NCBI GenBank assembly: GCA_005191425.1
Contig: SUPR01000114.1
Location: 1-9,859 of the forward strand
Direction: 5' to 3'
Origin: Candidatus Helarchaeota ASGARD archaeon Hel_GB_B
GTDB taxonomy: Archaea > Asgardarchaeota > Lokiarchaeia > Helarchaeales > HEL-GB-B
Length of the DNA stretch: 9,859 nt
This document shows positions 1-7,164 of this stretch, piece by piece. The position numbers and the translations under genes are program-made. The notes beneath the pieces were generated by a model. It ran no database searches, was not told the DNA's origin, and worked only from the letters and a program-made list of their open reading frames with translations. How positions within the stretch are numbered: the stretch's first letter is position 1; every line of letters begins with the position of its first letter.

Positions 1-268
1 TGTCTTCATTTCCTTCTAGCAGCTCAGCTGCATCTAACATTATATCTATTTGTGTTATCATGTCTTTTTTAATATCAGGACCAATAAACCAGTCATATAG
101 GACGCCAATTATTGGATTAAAAAGAAACCCTTTAATACCATTATAAAGTCGGTTTATTTTCTTTTTTAAGTTCTTATACCCCAATTCCAATTCATAGATC
201 AACTGCTTCCTTAAAATTTGTTTTGATTCTGTGTATATTATTTTTGACTTTTTTAATTGGTCTTCCAT
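1..268 (-). CDS. Hypothetical helical protein, N-terminal 89 codons; runs off the left window edge
   Basis: Not in the ORF track because it is truncated. Manual translation from ATG at 268 is stop-free to base 1: MEDQLKKSKIIYTESKQILRKQLIYELELGYKNLKKKINRLYNGIKGFLFNPIIGVLYDWFIGPDIKKDMITQIDIMLDAAELLEGNED. It has protein-like composition and a BRE/TATA-like element upstream. Confidence 0.8.
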   Translation of the reverse strand, partial: MEDQLKKSKIIYTESKQILRKQLIYELELGYKNLKKKINRLYNGIKGFLFNPIIGVLYDWFIGPDIKKDMITQIDIMLDAAELLEGNED

Positions 269-286
269 AAAAAATCACGAATACTT

Positions 287-300
287 GATATAAACTTTTT
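287..300 (-). promoter_or_regulatory. Archaeal BRE + TATA-like promoter for the 268 gene
   Basis: Minus strand reads AAAAAG-TTTATATC, with the TATA box starting 26 nt upstream of the ATG at 268. This spacing fits a leaderless or very short-leader transcript. Confidence 0.45.
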
Positions 301-403
301 AATAGAAAATTAATACAAATAAAAATCTTTTCGACTTTTTACAAAATCCTATGCTTTTATTATTACAAATTTTTTCCTTTTAATTTTTTCGACTTTTTTT
401 TTC

Positions 404-992
404 TTACCTTCTTTCTATTAAATTTAATACCAACCCCATTGACCTACTTACCAATTTTTTCCCAAACCTAAGCCTTTCAATTATCTCATCTACCAGCTCT
501 GGATATTCTCTTACCGTGAAATAAAAGTTTGAAATTGATTTCCAGCGAGTTATACTCCTTTTTCGCCTAAATTTTATATTCGATTTAAGTGTACTAAATT
601 TTTGTCCCACGATGTTTGTTGTACTACACTTTCCTATAAATTTGGTGGCTATAACTTCCAGAATTTCAGCCGCATTTTTCGGGGGATCACCAAGTGGTTT
701 TACATGATTGTCTTTTATATAATAATGATATGCATAAGTTGTACCTATTTCAAAATAGTTTTTGGTGCCTCTTTTTTTTATTTTTAATTGTTGTACCAGG
801 ATTATTTGTTTTGGTTTCTTTTTTCTTATTATTTTTTGTATCTTTTTTTCGTCCGCGTTTATTATTACTTGTTAATTTGACTTCTTTTTTTGATATTCTT
901 GTTATAAATGTATTTTCGAACTTAAAAATATCGTTGATAGTAGCCACACTGGTAATTATTAATTTATTATGCTCATATTTGTGAATATCCAT
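404..992 (-). pseudogene. Frameshifted basic hypothetical gene (about 195 aa if joined)
   Basis: The frame of track ORF 404..610 is stop-free back to 871 (155 codons: QVIINADEKKIQKIIRKKKPKQIILVQQLKIKKRGTKNYFEIGTTYAYHYYIKDNHVKPLGDPPKNAAEILEVIATKFIGKC...) but has no ATG/GTG/TTG until 610. The overlapping frame starting at ATG 992 (MDIHKYEHNKLIITSVATINDIFKFENTFITRISKKEVKL) can supply the N-terminus through a +1 shift. Confidence 0.6.
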
Positions 993-1067
993 TATGATAC
1001 TTCCGTGTGGTGGTCTGTGTATATGTCTAATATTTACCAGAGTAATAATTGAAATAAGGAAAATAGA

Positions 1068-1299
1068 ATGAAAAATCAAGATGAAGGTAATAATGAAATT
1101 AAAAATAAGAAAATTAATCAAGATAATAGAATTATCCAGAAAAAATACAATAAATAAAGATAAGAAACTAAATAATGAAAAACATAAGGAATTTTATCAC
1201 AAAAATTTAGTCGGTGTTATTATTATTCTTGCAATCATTATTAGCCCGTTAATTTATGTAATTTCTTCAATATTAACTCCAAATAATTACAATGCATAA
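1068..1299 (+). CDS. Small single-pass membrane protein; the true start is either 1081 or 1068 with a +1 frameshift
   Basis: C-terminal hydrophobic stretch LVGVIIILAIIISPLIYVISSIL follows a charged tail. An alternative N-terminus at ATG 1068 (MKNQDEGNNEIKNKKINQDNRIIQKK, stop at 1155-1157) has an AAGGA motif upstream. A hairpin follows the stop codon directly. Confidence 0.55.
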
Positions 1300-1301
1300 T
1301 A

Positions 1302-1328
1302 AAAAATTGCCGAAGAAGGTCAATTTTT
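1302..1328 (+). terminator. Stem-loop with T-tract immediately after the 1299 stop
   Basis: AAAAATTG (1302-1309) pairs with CAATTTTT (1321-1328). Inner CC/GG pairs with one bulged T close a GAAGAA loop. Confidence 0.45.
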
Positions 1329-1384
1329 AACATTCGGATGTATTAATTTTTATAAAAGTTTTTATAAAGTAAGTTAAAATATTA

Positions 1385-1573
1385 ATGAATTTCCTTGAAG
1401 TATTAGATAGAAAAGTTCTATATCCAATTTGTAGTAAAATGTATATAGCGCATGGAAAAGCTACAGAAGAAATAAAAGAATTAATCAAATCTAAACCCAA
1501 ATTAAATATTAACCCAAAAAATATATTATGTTGCGAATGTTTTAATAAATTAGTCCGTGATTCATCTGTTTGA
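1385..1573 (+). CDS. Small Cys-containing protein, degenerate zinc-finger-like
   Basis: 62 aa from an ATG start, with YPIC near the N-terminus and CCEC near the C-terminus. Tandem TTTATAAA boxes lie at 1349-1356 and 1361-1368. Confidence 0.65.
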   Translation: MNFLEVLDRKVLYPICSKMYIAHGKATEEIKELIKSKPKLNINPKNILCCECFNKLVRDSSV

Positions 1574-1750
1574 TAAGGCTAAAAATATTCAAATGAATAT
1601 AAGAATTTTTTAAACATTATTATAATCAAATATTAGAATTCATTAGGTTCATTTAATAAGAATGCGAATTTTTGAATTTAATTTTTAAATTTATACATCT
1701 AATATTTATATTAGACAAATAATTCCCGATTTAATTAGAAAACTTTTTTA

Positions 1751-1763
1751 AAGAATTATAAAT
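1751..1763 (+). promoter_or_regulatory. BRE/TATA-like promoter for the 1784 gene
   Basis: AAGAA-TTATAAAT, with the TATA box at -28 to -21 from the TTG at 1784, compatible with a leaderless transcript. Confidence 0.4.
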
Positions 1764-1783
1764 ATTATTTATTTCAATAAAAA

Positions 1784-1990
1784 TTGGGAGTTTGTTTTAA
1801 ATTGAAAGATAATACTATTGAAGTCTATGAAACTAAACTTGGAGAGTTTAGAGCTGTACCTACATCAGACCCAAATTTATATGCCATTGAGAAAAAATAT
1901 TTGGGGTTGGACAGTATTGATTGGATAGAATTTGGAATTATGAAGATAAATGAATTTAAAGAATTCATTAAAGCAAATAAAAAGACATAA
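1784..1990 (+). CDS. Small hypothetical beta-rich protein (68 aa)
   Basis: TTG start and protein-like alternating beta pattern (IEVYETKLGEFRAVP...YAIEKKY...WIEFGIMKI). A TATA-like element sits at the expected distance. No family recognised. Confidence 0.7.
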   Translation: MGVCFKLKDNTIEVYETKLGEFRAVPTSDPNLYAIEKKYLGLDSIDWIEFGIMKINEFKEFIKANKKT

Positions 1991-2202
1991 ATTTAACAAT
2001 AAACATAGTAAAAACTGGCAAAAATCAATAAATATAAAGAAATAGACTATACAATCAATACAAATTAATTTATAATATCATTTTTTATTTTATTTTTTAT
2101 AATTTTGGTGAAAAATCGTTAGTGGAAATTTTTCAAACTGTAATTTTAGGTTCATTATTTTTTTATATTAAATTGTGGTATTATTATTTGTGATCAAATA
2201 AA

Positions 2203-2688
2203 ATGTGGGAAATAACCGAAGAAGAATTATTGAGATTAAAATGTCAACAATTGTTTGTACCGCTAATTTACTCAGAAGTTGTTGCTCGAATAATTGATAG
2301 ATGGCCAGATAATGTCGAAAAAAAATTAAGAGAATTCGGTAGAAGAATAGGAAAAGGTATTTTATCAATGTGGATTCCAAAGAACACTGATTCTGTTAAG
2401 TCTATAGTCCAAGAAACATACAAATTTCTTTTAAAACAAAAAGCACCTGTAGAAATGAAAAAAGATGGAAGGACATTGATTTTACGCGATAAAAAATGTA
2501 TTTTATGCTGGGAAGTTACAAATGCGAATTTTCATTATTGTACACCTTATGGAAGTCTTTTGGAAACTTTTGTAAATAAATGTAGGGAAACAAATCCGAA
2601 ATTACCAAAAATTTGGGTCGAAACTACGAAATCAAGAGCTAAGGGCGATAGTTATTGTGAACATGTAATCCACATTTTGGAAGAGTGA
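2203..2688 (+). CDS. V4R-domain / TRAPP-Bet3-fold-like protein (copy 1)
   Basis: Helix motif LREFGRRIGKGIL (G-x-x-I-G as in Bet3/V4R), followed by CILC, HYC and the C-terminal V4R-type signature VETTKSRAKGDSYCEHVI. A GTGA RBS-like motif lies upstream. Confidence 0.85.
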   Translation: MWEITEEELLRLKCQQLFVPLIYSEVVARIIDRWPDNVEKKLREFGRRIGKGILSMWIPKNTDSVKSIVQETYKFLLKQKAPVEMKKDGRTLILRDKKCILCWEVTNANFHYCTPYGSLLETFVNKCRETNPKLPKIWVETTKSRAKGDSYCEHVIHILEE

Positions 2689-2694
2689 TTTAAA

Positions 2695-3330
2695 ATGGCA
2701 GAACGAGAAAAAGTAGGCTGGTTTCAGAGATTTTTAGGCAATATTGGTAAGCATTTCTATTGGTGGAAAGCAAAAAAAATGAGTGCACTTATGATGACTT
2801 ATGACTTTTTAGAATGCGTAAGAATACTTGTAGAATTAAATAATAATGATATACCGGCTGCATTAGAAGATTTTAGAGAAATAGGAAAGTCCGCAGGTTA
2901 TACAGTAGCTACTGAATTGTTAGGCCCCGGTGAATTAATTTTTTCAAGAAATATCAAAGATGTCCCATTTATGTTAAAAGTGGCTTGGTTCATCTTTTTT
3001 GGAGAAGAGATAAAATCGATAAAATTTCATGACAAAACAGATACTGAACCTATTAAAATTACCTGGACTTTAGATAGGTGCATTTTCTGTGCAGCACTTA
3101 AAAAAGAAAAAGAGCTAGTATTTAACCGAGAAACTATGAAAACTGATGAAACTAAGTTGACTTATGGAAGTGTCGTGGCAGGTGCTATGGAAGGTGCTTT
3201 AAATGCAATTCTTGAATATGTAAAGAGCCCGTATTATGGAAAGATATATGAAACTAAATGTTTACAAGCAGGAGACCCATTTTCTGAATATACTGCATAT
3301 TTTTATGAAAAAGATTCAAATGAGAATTAA
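2695..3330 (+). CDS. V4R-domain / TRAPP-Bet3-fold-like protein (copy 2) with an N-terminal extension
   Basis: FREIGKSAG helix, CIFC, VVAGAMEGAL and YETKCLQAGDPFSEY are V4R-type motifs. Starts 6 nt after the copy 1 stop, with GAGTGA overlapping that stop, which suggests an operon. Confidence 0.85.
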   Translation: MAEREKVGWFQRFLGNIGKHFYWWKAKKMSALMMTYDFLECVRILVELNNNDIPAALEDFREIGKSAGYTVATELLGPGELIFSRNIKDVPFMLKVAWFIFFGEEIKSIKFHDKTDTEPIKITWTLDRCIFCAALKKEKELVFNRETMKTDETKLTYGSVVAGAMEGALNAILEYVKSPYYGKIYETKCLQAGDPFSEYTAYFYEKDSNEN

Positions 3331-3382
3331 TTATAGTTTGAATAATACTACAGAAAAAGAATTAACGACTAAAATAGATTAA

Positions 3383-3438
3383 AATTATAATCGAGATTTC
3401 TACGATTATATGGATATTAGAAAGTTAATTATAATCGA
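3383..3438. repeat. Three copies of TATAATCG (direct and inverted) between convergent genes
   Basis: AATTATAATCGA occurs at 3383-3394 and 3427-3438. TATAATCG (3386-3393) and CGATTATA (3403-3410) form an 8-bp inverted repeat. Confidence 0.55.
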
Positions 3439-3439
3439 T

Positions 3440-4108
3440 TTATTCATTAACAATTTGAATTACTCTATGAATATTAACCCAACCCTTTTTTTGTAGTTGC
3501 CTAATTATCATTTCAACTTTTAATTTAGGCAATTTAATTTTTTGTGCAATATCATCAACAGAATTTGTCCCATCGCATAATTCAAGTATCTTGGCAGTAT
3601 CGATCTTGAATTTTTCTTTATTTGTTATTTCTTTCATTAGGAAGGGCACTTTTCGAGCTCTACTTCGGTGTTTAACGACTTTCTTGGGTTCTTCTACTTT
3701 TTTTACAGCTGTCGTTTCAGTTATCCGTAATTCATTTGATATTGGTGAAATTTCTCCAATTAAAGAACTAATTTTTTGTGAAAATTCATTCATAATTTTC
3801 TTAAATGCTAATAATTGACCAATTGGACCTTTCTTAGAGTGAACTATGATTAGAAAGTTATTATCTGGCTTAAAAAATGCAAGGTTTACCCCACCAATTG
3901 GGATTGAGTAATCACCAAGCTGTAATAAATTAAAATTTTTAATTGTAAAATTTATAATATAATCTTTATAAGGTATCAACTCATTAGACATATACCTAAA
4001 TTTTCCATTAGCATCAATAATTCCTATATATGGCCTAGAAAACATTAATGAACCAAGTTTATTTGTTATATCTTTATTAATTTCATAAAATAATTGTTCC
4101 TCACTCAA
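3440..4108 (-). CDS. Roadblock/longin/profilin-like N-terminal domain plus C-terminal winged helix
   Basis: The N-terminal ~115 aa show an alpha-beta-beta-alpha-beta-beta-beta-alpha pattern (YIGIIDANGKFRYMS; YSIPI; LAFFK; FLIIVHS). A charged linker leads to VP...ILELCDGTNSVDDIAQKI...V..II..L..KGWV, a winged-helix signature. The CDS is well supported; the fold call comes from pattern recognition only. Confidence 0.8.
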   Translation of the reverse strand: MSEEQLFYEINKDITNKLGSLMFSRPYIGIIDANGKFRYMSNELIPYKDYIINFTIKNFNLLQLGDYSIPIGGVNLAFFKPDNNFLIIVHSKKGPIGQLLAFKKIMNEFSQKISSLIGEISPISNELRITETTAVKKVEEPKKVVKHRSRARKVPFLMKEITNKEKFKIDTAKILELCDGTNSVDDIAQKIKLPKLKVEMIIRQLQKKGWVNIHRVIQIVNE

Positions 4109-4358
4109 GGTCTTGCATGCTCCAACATTTAAGGATTAACAAATTTTCAACAAATAATATTTATTATTTCTTTCTTATATTCTTTACTCAAAATAAATAA
4201 AGTAAAAATAATGGAATATAGCAGAGAGATTTATAATTTTTTGATTTTATGCTATATTTGCCTAAGAAGATCATTTTCCATAAACTAAGAGTTTGTTATT
4301 GCCCTAATACTGATTAAAATTATATTTCAAGATTAATAATTTTATAAAAAAATTATTA

Positions 4359-5915
4359 TTGAATAAAATTACCCAAAAAAAGAATTTTTATCAAGATTAT
4401 TTAATAAGGTCGAAATTTATGAATAATCTAAATGAAGAAAACATAAAATATCGGAAAAAATTATCAAAACACTTCCTTTATCCACTTTTTTTTCCAAAAA
4501 ATATTGTAATTGTAGGGGCCAGTACAAAACCCAATATGGGTGTTTCACTCTATTTAGATACTTATAAAAAGTATGGATATGGAATAAATTCTAAACTTCC
4601 TAATATTTATCCGGTAAATCCAAAATATACAAACGAAATGATTTATGGTCTATGGAAATGTTATAAAGATTTGAAGTCAATTCCTGAACCGATTGATATT
4701 GTAATTTCTTGTATAAATGCAAAATATGTTCCAAATTTATTAAAAGAATGTATTAAGGTAAAAGCAAAATTTTTAATTATATATACAAGTGGATTTTCTG
4801 AAGTTGGTAAACGAGGAATAAGTTATGCCAATGAAATAAAAAATATTTTAAAGAAAAATAGAATAACTCGGGTACTGGGGCCAAATTGTTTTGGGAGTTT
4901 TAATTCACAAATAAATCTTAGCTTCAACCGATTTGCTGATTTATACCAAGGAAATTTTTCTTTATTTAGTCAATCTGGTGGTTTTGCTAATCGTACAATT
5001 GAAATTTCAAAAAAGAGGGGGTTAGGAACAAATTTTGGTTTAAGTGTTGGTAATATGGTAGATATTAACCAAAATGACTTCTTAGAATTTATTGAAATTG
5101 ATGATAAAACAAAAGTAGTTGGATTCTATTTAGAAACAGTGGGTGATTTAGAATCTGGTCGTAAATTTTTTGAAAAATTACGGAATATGACAAATAAGAA
5201 ACCAGTAGTAATTTTGAAAGGTGGAAAAAGTCAAGTGGGTAAACAAGCATGTATATCGCATACAGGGTCAATTGCTGGTTCAAATCAAATTTATGAAAGT
5301 GTATTTAAGCAAACAAATGTTATTTCAGTTAAAAGTTCGTTAGAATTTTATGATATCAGCTATTTATTATCAATTTTACATCCGGATAAATTAATTAAAG
5401 GTAAAAACATCTGTTTAATAGTACCAGGAGGAGGGAATTCTGTAGAAATGGCGGATCTTTTAAGCGGAATTGGGTTCAATTTTCCAGAGATTTCGAATTC
5501 AACCCAAAAAAAGTTAGAAAAACTTCTTTTTGATGTTAATACAAGTTTTAAAAATCCTGTAGATGTTGGTACTTATGGCATCCTTCCAGAAATGCTATTA
5601 AATACAATTAAATTAATTTTAAAAGAAGATAAAATTGATATAATTATTGCAATATTACAATTATCACGAATATTAGGTCTTCAATTTGGTCACGACAAAT
5701 TCACTGGTATGTTTGCTAGATCACTCGGCAGATTAAGTAGAAAAACAGATAAAACATTTTTTATTATTCCTATGATAGATGACGATAACAATAAGACTGT
5801 TAGAGAAAATAACCAACTTAAAAAATACCTAAATAAGTATCGTATTCCACATTTCCCTTCTATTGATAGATTAGTTAAGTCGCTAGAATATTATCAGAAA
5901 TATTATAAATTATAG
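4359..5915 (+). CDS. acdA: Acyl-CoA synthetase (NDP/ADP-forming) alpha subunit, CoA-binding domain protein; probable start ATG 4419
   Basis: CoA-binding Rossmann start IVIVGAS, plus YPVNPK, GFSEVG, RVLGPNCFG, SQSGG and SVGNMVD. The phospho-His motif SHTGSIAG (His codon 5259-5261) and the later NPVDV motif are present. No ATP-grasp domain is present. Confidence 0.9.
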   Translation: MNKITQKKNFYQDYLIRSKFMNNLNEENIKYRKKLSKHFLYPLFFPKNIVIVGASTKPNMGVSLYLDTYKKYGYGINSKLPNIYPVNPKYTNEMIYGLWKCYKDLKSIPEPIDIVISCINAKYVPNLLKECIKVKAKFLIIYTSGFSEVGKRGISYANEIKNILKKNRITRVLGPNCFGSFNSQINLSFNRFADLYQGNFSLFSQSGGFANRTIEISKKRGLGTNFGLSVGNMVDINQNDFLEFIEIDDKTKVVGFYLETVGDLESGRKFFEKLRNMTNKKPVVILKGGKSQVGKQACISHTGSIAGSNQIYESVFKQTNVISVKSSLEFYDISYLLSILHPDKLIKGKNICLIVPGGGNSVEMADLLSGIGFNFPEISNSTQKKLEKLLFDVNTSFKNPVDVGTYGILPEMLLNTIKLILKEDKIDIIIAILQLSRILGLQFGHDKFTGMFARSLGRLSRKTDKTFFIIPMIDDDNNKTVRENNQLKKYLNKYRIPHFPSIDRLVKSLEYYQKYYKL

Positions 5916-6031
5916 AACATTTATTTGATTTTTTTTGAAATTAGATCTAATTTGTAATATTTTAATAAAATTGGGCATATATAAAAAAAATAACTTTTAA
6001 ATTACGAGATCTTAAAGGAATAAAAATTTTT

Positions 6032-6352
6032 TTAGCCATCTAATGAGAGTCCAATCATTTTTAGAGCTTCATTTCTTTTAATAAGCGTTTCTATTTTCCA
6101 TATATGGCTGGAAATAGCATCAAATTTGTTGAAATACTTTGTTATCTCCTTAAGTCCATTTCCAGTCATTTTGTCGGGGATTTCAATTAAAGTATATATT
6201 TTTATTTCTTTATCAGATGTGGTTATAAATGGAGAAGAACACAAAATTTTAATATAATCAGGAAATGTTTTGTAAATTTTTAAATATAATTCCCCGAATT
6301 CATTAATATTTTCAATCGGAATAATTTGAGTTATCATAAATTTAGCACACAA
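6032..6352 (-). CDS. Small hypothetical protein, probable ferredoxin-like/dimeric alpha-beta barrel fold
   Basis: 106 aa (TTG start; ATG at 6337 is an alternative) with a beta-alpha-beta-beta-alpha-beta pattern ending WKIETLIKRNEALKMIGL. It resembles DUF3303/GYD-like small proteins from memory; the family is not confirmed. Confidence 0.75.
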   Translation of the reverse strand: MCAKFMITQIIPIENINEFGELYLKIYKTFPDYIKILCSSPFITTSDKEIKIYTLIEIPDKMTGNGLKEITKYFNKFDAISSHIWKIETLIKRNEALKMIGLSLDG

Positions 6353-6531
6353 TTATAATCCCTCTATGCAAACGGAAATATAAATAAAAGATATAACTAA
6401 TGAATCTAATTTATTAAAATTATTGATACCATATTAAGTTATCTATGATTTATATTTTTTTAAGATATGTTCAAAATTTTGGAATCAGTAAAAAAATTTA
6501 AATAAATATTAAATAAAAAGTCAAAATGTAA

Positions 6532-6999
6532 TTATAAAGCATAATCAAGTTTTTCATTACATTTATGGCAGAATTTTGCACCTCTAAAATTTATTTCACC
6601 ACATTTTTTACATTTCCAATTATTTTCTTCCCATTTTATCCATTCCAAATCACCTAATTCACGTCTTACTTGGGTCGAATTTATCATATATTTTGTAGCG
6701 AGGGGGTACGGATAATTTTTTATTTTATTACAAGGGAATTCATCACATTGATAACACCCAGCCAACTTTTTATCTGCACAACATTTTCTAATATCACAAA
6801 CATCACAAAAATTAAATCTTTTATTAGATAAACACCCTTCACATTCTATTAATTCAGGTTTAGTCCAATATGCTTTTGCTAATTTCTCTTTTAACTTTGA
6901 ATCATTATTTTTATAGGCATAAAATATTCCGCAAACACCACAATAAAGCCCACAAGGTGCTAATAGATTATTTTTTATGTTAGTGCCCAATTTTATCAC
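6532..6999 (-). CDS. DUF3795-family Cys-rich metal-binding protein with a C-terminal zinc ribbon
   Basis: APCGLYCGVC, CEGC, CDVCDIRKCC and GCYQCDEFPC match the DUF3795 pattern. An extra WKCKKC...CHKC module follows. There are 16 Cys in 155 aa. Confidence 0.85.
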   Translation of the reverse strand: MIKLGTNIKNNLLAPCGLYCGVCGIFYAYKNNDSKLKEKLAKAYWTKPELIECEGCLSNKRFNFCDVCDIRKCCADKKLAGCYQCDEFPCNKIKNYPYPLATKYMINSTQVRRELGDLEWIKWEENNWKCKKCGEINFRGAKFCHKCNEKLDYAL

Positions 7000-7164
7000 A
7001 TTTTTTAAAATTTCGATTTAAAATAGAAATATATGACAATTAAATATTATAATTTCATTAAATACTTTAAATTTAAAAGTAATTCAAATTATAAAGAAAC
7101 AAACATAATTTAAATTTGTATTGAAAGAAATAATATGTAATTATATTAAATTTCACAAATTTGG

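Noticed and set aside
328-398. 13-bp direct repeat TTTTCGACTTTTT at 328 and 386
   Set aside because: Only two copies, and mostly T-runs in T-rich terminator-like DNA. Not an array.
772-779. A_AAA_AAG classical -1 slippery heptamer on the minus strand
   Set aside because: A -1 shift here reaches a stop after 8 codons (EAPKTILK*). The open downstream frame needs +1.
602-984. Plus-strand track ORFs 602..787 and 694..984
   Set aside because: F/L/V-rich antisense shadows of the A-rich minus-strand frameshifted gene.
993-1121. Hydrophobic N-terminal extension (MINFLIFN...) of track ORF 750..1121, resembling a signal or TM helix
   Set aside because: It is the antisense of the A-rich start of the plus-strand gene at 1068/1081. 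ATG 992 leaves a sensible 75-bp divergent intergenic gap.
2168-2380. Minus-strand track ORF of 70 aa
   Set aside because: Antisense to the well-supported V4R gene, with no motif.
3591-3818. Plus-strand track ORF of 75 aa
   Set aside because: Lies entirely antisense within the 3440..4108 gene.
4105-4128. 7-codon upstream ORF (MLEHARP*) whose stop overlaps the TTG start of the 4108 gene
   Set aside because: Too short to distinguish from chance, although translational coupling cannot be excluded.
5089-5283. Minus-strand track ORF of 64 aa
   Set aside because: Antisense shadow inside acdA.
7010-7030. Imperfect palindrome ATTTCgATTTaAAATaGAAAT in the divergent DUF3795/luxE gap
   Set aside because: Almost entirely A/T, and expected by chance at this composition.
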